A stretch of 64,000 bases of DNA from an uncultured bacterium (GTDB lineage Bacteria > Verrucomicrobiota > Kiritimatiellia > CAIKKV01 > CALHGX01): the NCBI GenBank assembly GCA_938031185.1, contig CALHGX010000002.1:16010-80009 (forward strand). The letters are read 5' to 3'. The position numbers and the translations under genes are program-made. A model generated the notes under the pieces. The model had not been told where the DNA came from and made no database searches. It saw only the letters and a program-made list of their open reading frames with translations. Below are positions 8,639 to 20,075 of the stretch, one piece after another (within the stretch, counting starts at the first letter, position 1; the number at the start of each line of letters is the position of its first letter).

Positions 8639-10999
8639 TCACCCGCGCACAGATTCGCCGGCCGTCAACGGCGCGGCCCGTCGGCCCGAGAAAAGACACA
8701 TCAGCGCCAAGATGCCCAGCAGCGCCACGAGCCGGCAAGCGTCCGTCACGCCCAAGGCGGGGATTAACAATGCCCCGCCTGTCATCGCGCCCAGCATGGA
8801 GCCAAGATGGTCGGCTGCATCCACCACGCCGCCTGTTCGAGCGAAATCCGCCTGGGTTAGACGATAGAGCCGACTAACGGCCGCGAATTGAAAGCCCGCC
8901 TGCGCGCCGATGGCGATCATCAGGCCGCCCATGATCGAGCCAAGCCAATGAGCCTCGCGGTCAACCGCTTCTTCCAGGTGTTCGACGCCCAACGCCATCA
9001 GCAAGGCCAACGCGGCGCCCCCCAGCCCGGCCAGGGCGGCGGCTCGCCAAACATCGGACGCAGGACGGACCGCGAGCCTGCCGCCGGCCATGGCGCCGCT
9101 GGCCGCTCCCAACATGAATAACGCGACCAACAGTCCCATCCGCGCATACAGGTGGCCGAACTCGTTCTGAAACACATACATGAGCGCCACCTCCAGCGTC
9201 AGCGCCCCCCAGCCGGTCGCCGCCATGGCTAATCCCAACATGCTTCGCATCCAGACGCGGCTGACGTTCTTTGTCCACCAACCCGTCCTTTTGAGCGCCG
9301 ATCCGATGCCCATCATCAGCGCCGCCAGCACGGCAACGGTGATCGCAAACAAAACAAGAGAAACGGACGAGGCCTTCCGCGCCAACCGTCCGATGGCGGG
9401 CGCGGTGTACCGGCTCCACATCAAGAGGGCGTAATGGCTCGCAATAGGCCGGGCTCCGCGATTGATATCCGCGCCGGAGGCGGCCAAACGACGTTCCACC
9501 TCCGCCACCTTGCGCGGTTCGAGTTCATCGGCCACCAGAAAATACTCCGGTCGAAAGAAAAGAGCCGGCGGGCCTTCCGCCGCCCTGCGATACAGCGCTT
9601 CGCGGTCGAACGTGATGGCCGCGTCCGCAAGGCCCGCCACAAACTGCGTTGGCTCGCCCGCGGTCGTCCGCACCACGGGAAAAACCGCTCGCAGCGCGGC
9701 GTGCACCGAGGCCGCCAGTTGCGCCGCCTCGCGTTCAAGGCGTTCCGACGCGCCAATGCGCGTGAACACGATGCCGCCGGGACGTAACCGCCGTTGCAGC
9801 CGCCGATAGAATTCCACGGTGTAATACCGGTTCATGGTGATCGTGGTGGACGCGCCGCTCAGGACCAAAACCACGTCAAACTGCTCCTGGGTTTGCCGAA
9901 CGAATAGCGGTCCGTCATTGATCTCAATGCGCATGCGCTCGGCGCCGGCGATCTTGTCGTACCATGGTCCTGCCACCTCTTCCAGCAAGCCGGCCAGTCC
10001 CGGGTCGGATGATACGTAGACCACCTGATCCAACGGATAGGCCAGCAAAGGCGGCAGCAACCCCAGCGGATTCCCGCCGAGCAGAAGCACCCGACGAGGG
10101 CGCTCATGCTGCGTCATCACAAATCGCACCAACAACTCATCCGCCGCCACGTCCGGAAAAGAGAACAGCACCTCCCCATTCCCGTAAATCACGTATAGCC
10201 CAGCCATTTCGACCAGCGTCAGGTGCTGGTAGGGCGTGTCCCGCCAAGCCACCAAGCGGGCCGGGGGCATTCCCCCATCGGTCTTGTGGTGCGGCAGCAC
10301 CCCGGCATCCTGCCAGCGCCGCGCCATGGAGCTCCGCTCCAACGGCGTCAACAGTCGGGGAGACAACACAGGGAGCCAGCACACCGCCGCCAACGCAAAA
10401 AGAACGCCCCGTTGCCGGACGGAACATGGACCCGCCGCCATGCACGCCGCGGCCGCCACACAAAGGGCCGCCGCCAGCGCGAGCGACCGCCAGGGGATGA
10501 ACACCCCCACCAGCACGAAAACAAACAGCAAGCTGCCAACCAGACTGCCCAGCGACTCCACGAAATAGACGCGCGTGATGACCCGAGAATCCCTTGCCGA
10601 TCCGGCATGGCAGGCCACGGGAAACAGGCCGCCCAACAGCATGCAAAAAGGCGCCAACACGAGCCATGTCCCGGTCACGATTTGGCCGGCCGAGAGATAT
10701 TCTCCCGGCGTTGCGCCCCACAGCCCTCGGAGCGCCCGGGCGACCCAAAGCTGCAGCGGAAGCGCAGCCGCCATCCCCAGCAGGAGGCCGGCCGCCCAGA
10801 AACCGGCCCGACGAACCGTCATTCGCGCACCGACCTTCCGCCCACCCCAAGCGCCAAGGCCCACGCAGGCCAGCCAACCGGACAACACAAGGGCCACCGC
10901 CATTTCGTGGCCTTGCGCCGCCACAAACAACTCCCGCGCCAGCACCATCTGCGCCAGCAACGACGCCACGCCCACGAGAAACATGCCGGTTAAGATCAC
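8639..10999 (-). CDS. Polytopic membrane protein fused to a spermidine-synthase-like domain
   Basis: Many hydrophobic segments flank a central SpeE-like fold (RVLLLGGNPLG..., FDVVLVLSGAST...YYTVEFYRRL...PGGIV). Start chosen at GTG 10999 (GGAGG 5 nt upstream). ATG 10984 is an alternative. The full ORF to 11167 would overlap the upstream gene. Confidence 0.75.
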   Translation of the reverse strand: MILTGMFLVGVASLLAQMVLARELFVAAQGHEMAVALVLSGWLACVGLGAWGGRKVGARMTVRRAGFWAAGLLLGMAAALPLQLWVARALRGLWGATPGEYLSAGQIVTGTWLVLAPFCMLLGGLFPVACHAGSARDSRVITRVYFVESLGSLVGSLLFVFVLVGVFIPWRSLALAAALCVAAAACMAAGPCSVRQRGVLFALAAVCWLPVLSPRLLTPLERSSMARRWQDAGVLPHHKTDGGMPPARLVAWRDTPYQHLTLVEMAGLYVIYGNGEVLFSFPDVAADELLVRFVMTQHERPRRVLLLGGNPLGLLPPLLAYPLDQVVYVSSDPGLAGLLEEVAGPWYDKIAGAERMRIEINDGPLFVRQTQEQFDVVLVLSGASTTITMNRYYTVEFYRRLQRRLRPGGIVFTRIGASERLEREAAQLAASVHAALRAVFPVVRTTAGEPTQFVAGLADAAITFDREALYRRAAEGPPALFFRPEYFLVADELEPRKVAEVERRLAASGADINRGARPIASHYALLMWSRYTAPAIGRLARKASSVSLVLFAITVAVLAALMMGIGSALKRTGWWTKNVSRVWMRSMLGLAMAATGWGALTLEVALMYVFQNEFGHLYARMGLLVALFMLGAASGAMAGGRLAVRPASDVWRAAALAGLGGAALALLMALGVEHLEEAVDREAHWLGSIMGGLMIAIGAQAGFQFAAVSRLYRLTQADFARTGGVVDAADHLGSMLGAMTGGALLIPALGVTDACRLVALLGILALMCLFSGRRAAPLTAGESVRG

Positions 11000-11064
11000 A
11001 AAGACCTCCGCACCCTGCCTCGCAGAGGGACCATGCAAGCGCCCCCCGTCTTCATCGCCGGACA

Positions 11065-12369
11065 CTACGAACTTTGGGCCTCCTGCAGCGAGGTGAAGAC
11101 CGAAAAAAAACCGTTGCGGAGCTGCCGACGCATCGTATCGGCAATGACGCGCGACTCCGCGGCCCATAGTTCCTGTTGGGCCAGGGTCTCAAGCATCGCT
11201 CCCAAAATCTCATCCTTGGTGGAGGCGCTCATGGGCGGTCGCACTCGGTAAGGAGTGGCGGCCATCTGAAACATTCCGCGCAGCTTGATGGTGTTGGCCT
11301 CCAACGGCACAACAGGGACGCCCGCCACAAGCGCCATGATCGCGCCGTGGAACCGATCCGTAACAACCAGATCGAACCAGCCAAAAGATGAAATTAGGGC
11401 GGCAAGAGGCAGCGTCGTCGGCAGCAGTTGCGCTCCGCTTTCGGCCGCGATCTTTCGAGCGACTGGCGCATCCTGCGACGGACAAGTTTGGATCAAGGCC
11501 ACAGGTCTCCCGGCTGCCCGCAAATTTCGCGCCACCTGCACCCACCCGTCAACATGCACTGCACGATCCCCACGTATCGCCAGTCCCACCCCGTTCCGCA
11601 GCCGGTTGCGCCACTGGCCGAGGGCATCCTGCGAAGAGTTAGCCGGGACTTCCCAGGCCCAGGCAAAATCCGGCAGCACATGAATCCGTTCCGGGGGCAC
11701 CCCCAGTTCGATCAACCGCTGTTCAGAAAGCGGTTCCCGTACCAAGTGCACATCCACCGCCGGCAGGACGACAGCCGCCACTTCTCGCGCCAAGGGATCC
11801 GTGACAGTGAAAGAATAGCTGGCGACAATGGTTCGGCATCCCAGCCGTTGAGCCAGATACAGTTCAAACAAGAAGCTCGGAAGATAGGTCAGCAAATGGT
11901 CGGCCAGAATGCCCCCGCCCAGCCATAGCGCCACATCGGCATCACGCAGGCGGGTGACCACTTCCGCCGCCAACGCCTTGCGAAGCAGAGTCACTCGCAT
12001 CCTTTCAAACAATCCGACCCCATGTCGCCGTTGCCATCTCTTTTCCATAGCCGCCAACGGACGGAAAGCCTCCGCTCTTTTCAGCACCCGACTTGCCTTG
12101 CTCTCAACCGCCTGCGCCAAACCCGGCTGAGCGCGAGCCGTTACCTCCTGCACCCAGTCGTTCAAAATTTCCTCGGATGACCGTCGCCGTAAATTCTCTT
12201 TGTAAGCCCCCATACGGAAATACGGAAACGGTTTCCAAGGAGAGCTGCTGCATCTTGCGCCCGAGATTTCGGTCAGCAGTCGGTGCAAGGCCACCACCAT
12301 CATCTCGTCACCACGATTAAAAAACTCACGCCGGCCGATTGGTCGGTCGTCCAGAACCAAGATATTCAT
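11065..12369 (-). CDS. Polysaccharide pyruvyl transferase family protein
   Basis: C-terminal VTDRFHGAIMALVAGVPVVPL motif typical of the CsaB/WcaK-like family. ATG at 12369 (MNILVLDD...). Confidence 0.75.
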   Translation of the reverse strand: MNILVLDDRPIGRREFFNRGDEMMVVALHRLLTEISGARCSSSPWKPFPYFRMGAYKENLRRRSSEEILNDWVQEVTARAQPGLAQAVESKASRVLKRAEAFRPLAAMEKRWQRRHGVGLFERMRVTLLRKALAAEVVTRLRDADVALWLGGGILADHLLTYLPSFLFELYLAQRLGCRTIVASYSFTVTDPLAREVAAVVLPAVDVHLVREPLSEQRLIELGVPPERIHVLPDFAWAWEVPANSSQDALGQWRNRLRNGVGLAIRGDRAVHVDGWVQVARNLRAAGRPVALIQTCPSQDAPVARKIAAESGAQLLPTTLPLAALISSFGWFDLVVTDRFHGAIMALVAGVPVVPLEANTIKLRGMFQMAATPYRVRPPMSASTKDEILGAMLETLAQQELWAAESRVIADTMRRQLRNGFFSVFTSLQEAQSS

Positions 12370-12397
12370 GCCCTTGCCGCCTTGCCTATTTCCGTCC

Positions 12398-13492
12398 CTA
12401 ACGGCTGTCCTCCCCCAACAGCATCTCATACAGGCGCAGATGCTGCTGTATCGCCGTTTCGGCCTCGTAGTATGTCCGCACATATTCCCGCCCCCGCTGG
12501 CCTTGGGTTCGCCAAAGGTCGTCCGTCAACAAACGTCTCAGACCGCCCGCGAAGCCGCCATCTGCCACATGAGCGCCAAACGAGGAGGCAAAGCCATCGG
12601 GGTCCACGGCACTAAGAATGGCACATCCATGCGCTGCCGCCTCGAGAAAAGCGTTCGGCAGCCCCTCCCGAGCCGCGGTATTCACAAAGACCCAACTTTG
12701 ATTCAGGAGCCGGAAAAGGCGATCATCGCGAAACTGATCCACAAAGCCCCACATTTCAACATTCGGTAGCGATCGGGCCATTTCCCGCAACCGGTTCCCC
12801 CAGGCACGATTCTGTGCCTGGCCGACCAGAACAAACCGCACGGATGGAAACTGCGGAGCTAAGGCGAGAATTTTCTGCGGTTGTTTGCGCCGGTCCAGTC
12901 GGCCGACATAACAGACGAGGGGAGTGGCGCTTTTCTCCACCCTTGGGGGAATCTCCACGGGGGTCGGTAACAGCATCGGCATCTGGCGCAACCCGTACAG
13001 CCGCTGCGCCCGCTGCCCCACGACGCAAGCCGCACAGCAAAGAACGTCGGCCTGATGCACCGCCCAACCGTTCCACGGCCCCGCTTCGTAAACACAAGAC
13101 AGAAAGGTCTCAAGGCGCGACCGCGACGGCAGTCGCAACTCCGTAAGCCAATCGGCAAGGCCTCGAGGATCCCGAAAAGTAATAACGTGCCGGGCCTTCG
13201 GAGCCGTTTGGCTGGCCAGCCAGCCTGCCAACGAAGGTTCTTGCGAATGATAAATATCGGCCTTGCCGTCGCGAAAAAAACGGTTCGCGATCCAAGGCGC
13301 ATAGCGGGGAAAGCCGAAGACCTTGATGCCGTCCATATCTTCTTCGGCCCTCTGCCCCTGGCGGCGCGGAACAACCGCCATGACTTCCACGCCGTGCCGA
13401 AGGAGCCCCCGGCCAATCACCCGTGTGGCTCGTCCGAAGCCCCCGTACTTGCCCCACGCGAAAAACTCGCCGCTGATCAGGCAAACGCGCAC
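12398..13492 (-). CDS. GT4/GT1-family glycosyltransferase
   Basis: VGRLDRRKQP...VFVNTAAREGLPNAFLEAAAHGCAIL (E-x7-E region). Start uncertain: GTG 13492 (VRVCLISGEF, GGAGA upstream) or ATG 13600. Confidence 0.8.
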   Translation of the reverse strand: MRVCLISGEFFAWGKYGGFGRATRVIGRGLLRHGVEVMAVVPRRQGQRAEEDMDGIKVFGFPRYAPWIANRFFRDGKADIYHSQEPSLAGWLASQTAPKARHVITFRDPRGLADWLTELRLPSRSRLETFLSCVYEAGPWNGWAVHQADVLCCAACVVGQRAQRLYGLRQMPMLLPTPVEIPPRVEKSATPLVCYVGRLDRRKQPQKILALAPQFPSVRFVLVGQAQNRAWGNRLREMARSLPNVEMWGFVDQFRDDRLFRLLNQSWVFVNTAAREGLPNAFLEAAAHGCAILSAVDPDGFASSFGAHVADGGFAGGLRRLLTDDLWRTQGQRGREYVRTYYEAETAIQQHLRLYEMLLGEDSR

Positions 13493-13651
13493 GCAGCCAA
13501 TTTCTCCATCCTGTACTACTCGAGGGTCGGCATAGTCGAGCGCAGTGCCTCGGCGTCGCCGGAGACAAACGGACGTCGCGCTGAGTGCTTTGGACCCCAT
13601 TGCGTGACGACATCCGTCATGATAGCTTTTTTGCCTTTTGGAGCAACCACG

Positions 13652-14959
13652 ATGAGTGTGCGTGTGCGATTTGCCCCGAGTCCAACGGGGCATGTTCATA
13701 TCGGCAATATTCGGGCAGCCATTTTCAATTGGCTGTTCGCCCGGCACCATGGCGGCCGCTTTCTGCTGCGTATCGAAGACACGGACCGCGAACGCTCCAC
13801 CCCGGAGGCCGTTCAGACGGTTATTGACGCGCTAGAGTGGCTCCGTCTCGACTGGGATGAGCCGCCCGTCTACCAGTCCGCCCAGCGCGACCGACATCTC
13901 GCCGCCGCCGAAGAGCTGTTGCGGAAACAGCTCGCCTACCGGGAAGACAAGGGGCAGGAAGGGCGCGGGGAATGTATCGTCTTTCGCATGCCGAAGCGAG
14001 ACATCTCCTTTAACGATGCAGTCAAAGGGCTCCTTAGAAAGAATGCCGAAGACTTGAAGGATTTCGTCATTGTGCGCTCCGACGGCACGCCGGTTTTTCA
14101 CCTCGCCAACGTGGTGGACGACATCGCGATGGGCATCACCCACATCATCCGCGGCGACGATCATGTGGAGAACACCTTCCGGCATATCGCGCTTTTTGAG
14201 GCGCTGGAGGCGCCAGCCCCCCGCTACGCACACCTGCCGATGATCGTCAACGCACAGGGCAAGCCCTACTCGAAACGCGATGGGGCCGCTTATGTGGGGG
14301 AGTTCCGGGAAAAGGGCTACTGGCCGGAGGCCCTCCTCAATTATCTGGCCCTGCTCGGGTGGTCGCCGGGCGGCGACCGAGAAAAAATGAGCCGCGAAGA
14401 AATGATCTCCCTTTTTTCTCTCGACCGGGTGAAAAGCAGCCCCGCCCAGATGGACCTGCGCAAGTTAACCCACTTGAACAGCCTGTATGTCGCCGAAATG
14501 CCCCTCGAAACTTTCATCCGGCACATGCGTGAATACACCCGTCGGCATGAATGGGCGCAAAAGGCCGATCCGACGCTCTTTGAACGAGTGGCCGGGCTCC
14601 TCCAAACACGCACGCCGGTCTTCTCGCAGACCGAGGCATGGGAGCATTTCTTTCGGGACGATATCACTTACGACGAAAAGGCCGTTCGCAAAACATTGGG
14701 GCAGCCCGGCATGCGCAGAGTGCTCGAAACGGCTCGCGCCTGCTTGACGGAGAGCGATTTCTCGGTGGCCGGCTTGGAAGCGGCAGTCCGTCGCGCCGCC
14801 GCTGCTTCCAACCTGGAGCCTGGCCGACTCAATCAGCCCTTGCGCGTCGCCGTGACCGGCTCGGCTACCGGGGCCGGGATTTTCGAGACGATGGCGGTGC
14901 TGGGACGCGAAAAGACATTGACGCGGCTTCAAAAGGCCGCCACGTTATGCGCCGAATGA
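13652..14959 (+). CDS. gltX: Glutamate--tRNA ligase
   Basis: [21 protein letters not shown] (HIGH motif), LLRIEDTD and KPYSKRDG (KMSKS-like). ATG at 13652 with GGAG upstream. Confidence 0.9.
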   Translation: MSVRVRFAPSPTGHVHIGNIRAAIFNWLFARHHGGRFLLRIEDTDRERSTPEAVQTVIDALEWLRLDWDEPPVYQSAQRDRHLAAAEELLRKQLAYREDKGQEGRGECIVFRMPKRDISFNDAVKGLLRKNAEDLKDFVIVRSDGTPVFHLANVVDDIAMGITHIIRGDDHVENTFRHIALFEALEAPAPRYAHLPMIVNAQGKPYSKRDGAAYVGEFREKGYWPEALLNYLALLGWSPGGDREKMSREEMISLFSLDRVKSSPAQMDLRKLTHLNSLYVAEMPLETFIRHMREYTRRHEWAQKADPTLFERVAGLLQTRTPVFSQTEAWEHFFRDDITYDEKAVRKTLGQPGMRRVLETARACLTESDFSVAGLEAAVRRAAAASNLEPGRLNQPLRVAVTGSATGAGIFETMAVLGREKTLTRLQKAATLCAE

Positions 14960-14991
14960 GCGCCTCGCGCCGCAGGGACGAACACATCAAG

Positions 14992-16689
14992 ATGACAGCC
15001 CCCATTCCAGAAGCGCCCAGCGATTTCATCCGTGAAATAGTCCAGGAGGATCTCCGCAACGGACGGTACGGAGGCCGCGTAGTCACCCGCTTTCCGCCCG
15101 AGCCCAACGGCTACCTCCACATCGGTCACGCCAAGGCGGTGTGCGTAGATTTCGGCGTCGCGATGGAATTCGGCGGCGTTTGCCATCTCCGCATGGACGA
15201 TACCAATCCCGCCAAGGAATCCATGGAATTCGTGGAGGCCATTCGGCGGGATGTCCGCTGGCTGGGATTCGACTGGGGGCCGCACTTCTATTTTTCGGCC
15301 GACTACTTCGAGCGGATGTACGAATGTGCCGTCCAGCTCATCCGCAAGCGTCTCGCGTATGTGTGCGACGTGCCGCAGGAGGAATGGAAGCACTATCGGG
15401 GCATCCCCACGCAACCCGGCAAGCCCAGCCCCTACCGCAATCGCTCCGTGGAGGAAAACCTCGACCTGTTCGCCCGGATGCGGGCCGGCGAATTCCCCGA
15501 TGGCGCCCGCTGCCTGCGCGCGCTCATTGACATGGCCTCGCCCAATCTTCATCTGCGCGATCCGGTCCTGTACCGCATCCTGCGCATGCCGCATTACCGC
15601 ACCGGCGATCGGTGGTGCATCTATCCCACCTACGATTTCGCGCATCCGCTCGAAGATGCGTTTGAAGGCATTACGCACTCCCTTTGCACCTTGGAATTCG
15701 AAGTTCACCGTCCCCTTTACGATTGGCTTCTGCAGGCCCTCGAATTTCCAGAACCGCCCCGCCAGATCGAGTTTGCCCGCCTGAACGTCTCTTACACGGT
15801 GCTCAGCAAGCGCCGGCTGCTGGAGCTTGTTCAGGGGGGCTTCGTAAACGGCTGGGATGATCCCCGCCTTCCCACCATCGCCGGCCTTCGCCGCCGCGGC
15901 TATACCCCCAGCGCCATTCGCGAGTTTTGCCGCCGTGTGGGTGTCACCAAGTTTGACGGGCTGACCGACATGGCCCTGCTGGATTTCTGCATTCGCGACG
16001 AGCTCAACATGACCGCCCCGCGCGCCATGGCCGTATTGGATCCCGTCCGCTTGGTCATTGAAAACTACCCGGACGGCCAGGTAGAGGAATTCGAGGCGGT
16101 CAACAACCCTGAAGACGCCTCCATGGGAGTCCGGCCCGTGCCTTTCTGCAAGACCCTGTACGTGGAACGCGAGGATTTCGAAGAACATCCGCCAAAGAAT
16201 TTCTTTCGGCTGGTGCCCGGCCGCGAAGTGCGGCTGCGTTATGCCTACCTCGTCACCTGCACCGGCTTTGAGCGCGATCCGGCAACCGGACGCGTTTGTG
16301 AAATCCGGTGCCGCTATGATCCGGCCAGCCGCGGCGGCAATGCGCCGGATGGTCGGCGCGTCAAAGGAACCATTCACTGGGTCTCCGCGCCGCACGCCCT
16401 CGAGGCGGAAATCCGTTTGTATGATCGGCTTTTTCTCGTCGAGGAGCCCGACAATGTGCCCGATGGGGTTGATTTCAAGAGCACGCTGAATCCGGAATCG
16501 CTGAAAACTCTTCGCGCGATGGTGGAGCCCTCCCTGGCCAGCGCCGCCCCCGGGAGCCGATACCAATTCGAGCGCAAAGGTTATTTCTTCGCGGATCCGA
16601 TAGATTCGCGCCCCGGACGGCCGGTTTTCAACCGCATCGTGCCGCTTCGGGATTCCTGGGCGAAACAAGCAAGAAACGCTAACGACTGA
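14992..16689 (+). CDS. glnS: Glutamine--tRNA ligase
   Basis: [12 protein letters not shown]...[18 protein letters not shown] aligns with the GlnRS N-terminus, and VLSKRRL is the KMSKS region. The alternative ATG at 14956 overlaps the gltX stop (ATGA). Confidence 0.9.
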   Translation: MTAPIPEAPSDFIREIVQEDLRNGRYGGRVVTRFPPEPNGYLHIGHAKAVCVDFGVAMEFGGVCHLRMDDTNPAKESMEFVEAIRRDVRWLGFDWGPHFYFSADYFERMYECAVQLIRKRLAYVCDVPQEEWKHYRGIPTQPGKPSPYRNRSVEENLDLFARMRAGEFPDGARCLRALIDMASPNLHLRDPVLYRILRMPHYRTGDRWCIYPTYDFAHPLEDAFEGITHSLCTLEFEVHRPLYDWLLQALEFPEPPRQIEFARLNVSYTVLSKRRLLELVQGGFVNGWDDPRLPTIAGLRRRGYTPSAIREFCRRVGVTKFDGLTDMALLDFCIRDELNMTAPRAMAVLDPVRLVIENYPDGQVEEFEAVNNPEDASMGVRPVPFCKTLYVEREDFEEHPPKNFFRLVPGREVRLRYAYLVTCTGFERDPATGRVCEIRCRYDPASRGGNAPDGRRVKGTIHWVSAPHALEAEIRLYDRLFLVEEPDNVPDGVDFKSTLNPESLKTLRAMVEPSLASAAPGSRYQFERKGYFFADPIDSRPGRPVFNRIVPLRDSWAKQARNAND

Positions 16690-16723
16690 ACCCGTCCTGA
16701 CGGCGAAACAGTCGTCGCGCATA

Positions 16724-16752
16724 TTGACCTTTCGCCAGATCGTGCTAGTAAT
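16724..16752 (+). promoter_or_regulatory. Candidate sigma70-type promoter for the Rrf2 gene
   Basis: TTGACC (16724-16729), 16-17 nt spacer, then TAGTAAT (16746-16752). A GGGAG SD precedes the ATG at 16783. Confidence 0.3.
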
Positions 16753-16782
16753 AGACCACCGGGAAGCAGGCGGGAGCTTAAC

Positions 16783-17226
16783 ATGAAAATTGGAACCAAG
16801 GGGCGCTACGGACTTCGCGTGCTGCTGGATGTGGCCCAGCACCAAGACAAGGGACCGGTGGCGCTGGGGGATATTGCGCAACGGCAAGGGCTCTCGCAGA
16901 AATACCTTTGGCAGGTGGTAAACCCGCTGAAGGCTGCCGGTGTTCTGCGCGCGGTCCGTGGGGCCCGCGGCGGGTTCGCGCTGGCCCGCCCGGCGGAAGC
17001 CGTCACGCTGGGAGACATCGTTGACATTCTCGAAGGATCCCTGCGTCTCGCCCCCTGCACGAGCAATGGGGCCGTCTGCCCCCGCATTGCCACCTGTTCG
17101 GCCGGTGATGTCTGGAGGGAAGTCGAATCGCAGTTCGCCTTCGTCCTGAACAAGTATAACCTGCATCAAATGCTAAAGCGCCAGCAGGAAAAAGAGGCTC
17201 AGCCGGGCGCGGTTTTCGATATCTGA
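16783..17226 (+). CDS. Rrf2-family transcriptional regulator, probably Fe-S cluster-binding (IscR/NsrR-like)
   Basis: MKIGTKGRYGLRVLLDVA... winged HTH. Three Cys in C-x6-C-x5-C spacing (CTSNGAVCPRIATC). Confidence 0.85.
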   Translation: MKIGTKGRYGLRVLLDVAQHQDKGPVALGDIAQRQGLSQKYLWQVVNPLKAAGVLRAVRGARGGFALARPAEAVTLGDIVDILEGSLRLAPCTSNGAVCPRIATCSAGDVWREVESQFAFVLNKYNLHQMLKRQQEKEAQPGAVFDI

Positions 17227-17263
17227 CAGTGTTTTCGGCGCGGCGCAGTTGTCCGCCTATCTT

Positions 17264-18316
17264 TCAAACAGCCCCCGATCTTGCGCCAACAGGCCAGGTC
17301 ATGGCCCGTCCGTCTGCGGGACGAGCGAACAATCGCTCGCCTTGCCGCGGCCCCAGCTCGCGAAAACGAGGTCTGCTCAATTCCGCCTCGATCGCTTCAC
17401 CGCTAGCCGTCGGTCTGAGCACGATGCGCACGATGGCGCCGATCGGCTGAACGCATTCCACAAGCGCCTCCACCGCCCCCGCGACATCCCCTGTTCGGAA
17501 TAGCTCGACATCGTGAGGCCGCACCAACGCCCATCCCGCTTTCTGCGAGGGCGGCTGCTCCATCGCTTCCCCGGCGGGGCCCCGCATCGGAAAAACGGCG
17601 GCGCCTCCCAAAAAGCGGAAAACGAATGGCGAGGCGGGCTGCTCATATACCTCATCCGGACGGCCAACCTGCTCGACCCGGCCGCCGCGCATGACCACGA
17701 TCCGATCCGCCACCTCGAGCGCTTCTTCCACATCATGCGTCACGAACACACTGGTCACGTGCAATTCGTCGTGCAGCCGCCGAAGCCAGCGGCGCAACTC
17801 CTTGCGCACATTGGCGTCGAGCGCGCCAAAGGGCTCATCGAGCAGCAGCGCCCTCGGCTCCACCGCCAGCGCGCGAGCCAGCGCCACCCGCTGACGCTGG
17901 CCGCCGGAAAGCTGCGCGGGATACCGGTCGGCCAGATTTTCCATCTTGATGAGGCCCAGCAACCGATTCACGCGGCCGGCGATCTCCATCCGCGCAAGCC
18001 GGTGGCCCCGCCGCGCGCGAAGTCCGAACGCGATGTTCTCAAACACTGTCATATGGCGGAACAGGGCATAGTGTTGAAAGACGAAGCCGACGCGCCGGCC
18101 GCCCACGGTCTCCCCTGCGGCATCCACCCCATCAAGCAATATCGAGCCGGCATCCGCAAACTCCAACCCCGAAAGAATCCGAAGCAACGTCGTTTTGCCG
18201 CATCCCGATGGGCCCAGCAACGCCACGAGCTCGCCAGAGGCTACCTCGAGCGTGACATTGTCCAGCGCCACGAAACGGCCAAAACGTTTGGTGATGCCCC
18301 GCACCTCGATCTTCAT
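17264..18316 (-). CDS. cysA: Sulfate/thiosulfate ABC transporter ATP-binding protein
   Basis: Walker [10 protein letters not shown], signature [15 protein letters not shown], Walker B LLLDEP, and a C-terminal regulatory domain. The ATG at 18316 overlaps the cysW stop (ATGA). Confidence 0.9.
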   Translation of the reverse strand: MKIEVRGITKRFGRFVALDNVTLEVASGELVALLGPSGCGKTTLLRILSGLEFADAGSILLDGVDAAGETVGGRRVGFVFQHYALFRHMTVFENIAFGLRARRGHRLARMEIAGRVNRLLGLIKMENLADRYPAQLSGGQRQRVALARALAVEPRALLLDEPFGALDANVRKELRRWLRRLHDELHVTSVFVTHDVEEALEVADRIVVMRGGRVEQVGRPDEVYEQPASPFVFRFLGGAAVFPMRGPAGEAMEQPPSQKAGWALVRPHDVELFRTGDVAGAVEALVECVQPIGAIVRIVLRPTASGEAIEAELSRPRFRELGPRQGERLFARPADGRAMTWPVGARSGAV

Positions 18317-19236
18317 CACGCCTCCTCTTTCCCCTGCGCTTCGGCCGAACGGTCGTCCGCCCGGGCCGTCCGCCATTCGATCACACTCTTGGCCGCCAAG
18401 GTCAGCAGGGCCAGAAGACTCAGCAGCGAGGCGACGGCGAACGCCGCCGTGCCTTGATATTCGTTGTACAGAATCTCCACGTGCAGAGTCATGGTGTTGG
18501 TCACGCCGCGAATGTGCCCCGAAACCACCGACACGGCTCCGAACTCTCCCATGGCGCGCGCCGCGCAAAGGACGGCGCCATACAGAAGTCCCCATCGAAT
18601 GTTGGGCAGCGTCACCCGCCGAAACGTCGTCCACCCGTCCGCGCCCAACGTGATAGCCGCCTCCTCTTCTTCCGTGCCCTGCTCCCGCATCAGTGGAATG
18701 AGTTCTCGCGCCACGAACGGCAGCGTCACAAAGATGGTGGCCAGGATGATGCCCGGCGTGGCGAATATGATCCGAAGACCGTGTGCCTCCAGCCAGCCGC
18801 CCAGCCAGCCCTGGCGCCCGAACACCAGCACATACATCAGCCCCGCCACGACGGGGGAAACGGAGAATGGCACCTCGATGAGCGTGGTCAGCACTTCGCG
18901 GCCGTGAAAGCGGAATTTCCCGATCGCCCACGCCGCCGCCAACCCGAAGGCCACGTTCAACGGCACAGCCACCGCCGCCACCGTCAGGGTCAGCCGAATC
19001 GCCGCCCGCGCAACAGGATCGGTGATCGCCTGCATATAGCTGCGAACACCTTCCCGCAAGGCGCCCGAAAAAACCACCACAAGCGGCAGCACCAGAAACA
19101 GCCCCAGAAAAGACATCGCGGTACTGATCAGTACGGCTTGAACCCAGCGCGGCTCGGTTACGGCCGCCGCCGCGATACCACGGTTGGCCGCTCGCCGATC
19201 GGTTGTCCCCTTCGTGCTCGCCGTCTTCTCAAGCAT
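18316..19236 (-). CDS. cysW: Sulfate ABC transporter permease CysW
   Basis: Six-TM permease with the EAA-type loop ([22 protein letters not shown]). Lies in cysPTWA order. Confidence 0.9.
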   Translation of the reverse strand: MLEKTASTKGTTDRRAANRGIAAAAVTEPRWVQAVLISTAMSFLGLFLVLPLVVVFSGALREGVRSYMQAITDPVARAAIRLTLTVAAVAVPLNVAFGLAAAWAIGKFRFHGREVLTTLIEVPFSVSPVVAGLMYVLVFGRQGWLGGWLEAHGLRIIFATPGIILATIFVTLPFVARELIPLMREQGTEEEEAAITLGADGWTTFRRVTLPNIRWGLLYGAVLCAARAMGEFGAVSVVSGHIRGVTNTMTLHVEILYNEYQGTAAFAVASLLSLLALLTLAAKSVIEWRTARADDRSAEAQGKEEA

Positions 19237-20053
19237 GACGCCGCCGCCCCCACCACTGCAGCAAATTGATCAGGAACAGGAGCACGAATGAGATGGCCAG
19301 CATGGCTACCGCCAGCGCCGTGGCGCCGGCATAGTCGTACTGCTCGAGTTTCGTAACAATCAGCAAAGGCGTGATTTCGGTTTTCATCGGCATGTTCCCG
19401 GAAATGAACACGACCGACCCGTATTCCCCGACCGCCCGTGCGAAGGCCAGCGCAAAGCCTGTCAGCAGGGCAGGCCAAAGCCCTGGCAAGATCGCCCCCC
19501 AGAATGTCATCCACCGGCCGGCCCCCAACGCTGCCGCCGCTTCTTCGATTTCAGGGTCCAAATCAGCCAGGACGGGCTGCAGCATACGCACCGTGAACGG
19601 TATTCCAATAAACACCAGCGCCACGAGCACGCCGAGTGGTGTAAAGGCTATACGCACCCCCGCCGGTTCCAACAGTCGACCGATCCATCCGGTCGGAGAG
19701 TAGAGGCCCGTAAGAGCAATGCCCGCCACGGACGTCGGCAGCGCAAACGGCAGGTCAACCAGCGCATCGGCCAGGCGCCGACCTGGGAACCTGTATCGCA
19801 CCAGCACCCACGCCACCAGGAGGCCGAAAATCGCGTTGATCAGGGCCGCGGCCAGAGACAGACCAAAGCTCAGGCGGTAGGAGGCCACCGCCCGCGGGGA
19901 CGAGACCGTCCGCCAGAATTCGGCCCAGCTCATCGTGCTGGCCCTGAGCAAGGTGGCAGACAGCGGGAGCGCCACCAGAAGGCCGAGATACGCCAGCGTG
20001 ACGCCCATCGCCAGTCCGAACCCCGGCAATACGCTGTGTTCCCGAAACCGCAT
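19229..20053 (-). CDS. cysT: Sulfate ABC transporter permease CysT
   Basis: EAA loop EIEEAAAALGAGRWMTFWGAILP. Start taken at ATG 20053 (MRFREHSVLPGFG...). The upstream extension of the ORF looks non-coding. Confidence 0.9.
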   Translation of the reverse strand: MRFREHSVLPGFGLAMGVTLAYLGLLVALPLSATLLRASTMSWAEFWRTVSSPRAVASYRLSFGLSLAAALINAIFGLLVAWVLVRYRFPGRRLADALVDLPFALPTSVAGIALTGLYSPTGWIGRLLEPAGVRIAFTPLGVLVALVFIGIPFTVRMLQPVLADLDPEIEEAAAALGAGRWMTFWGAILPGLWPALLTGFALAFARAVGEYGSVVFISGNMPMKTEITPLLIVTKLEQYDYAGATALAVAMLAISFVLLFLINLLQWWGRRRHA

Positions 20054-20075
20054 AAGCGCTCCCTGACGATGACCG

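Noticed and set aside
14929-17169. 746-aa ORF on the minus strand
   Set aside because: It is antisense to glnS, which carries unmistakable class I aaRS motifs. Its product is Arg/Gly/Ala/His-rich with no motifs. This is a typical shadow ORF in GC-rich DNA.
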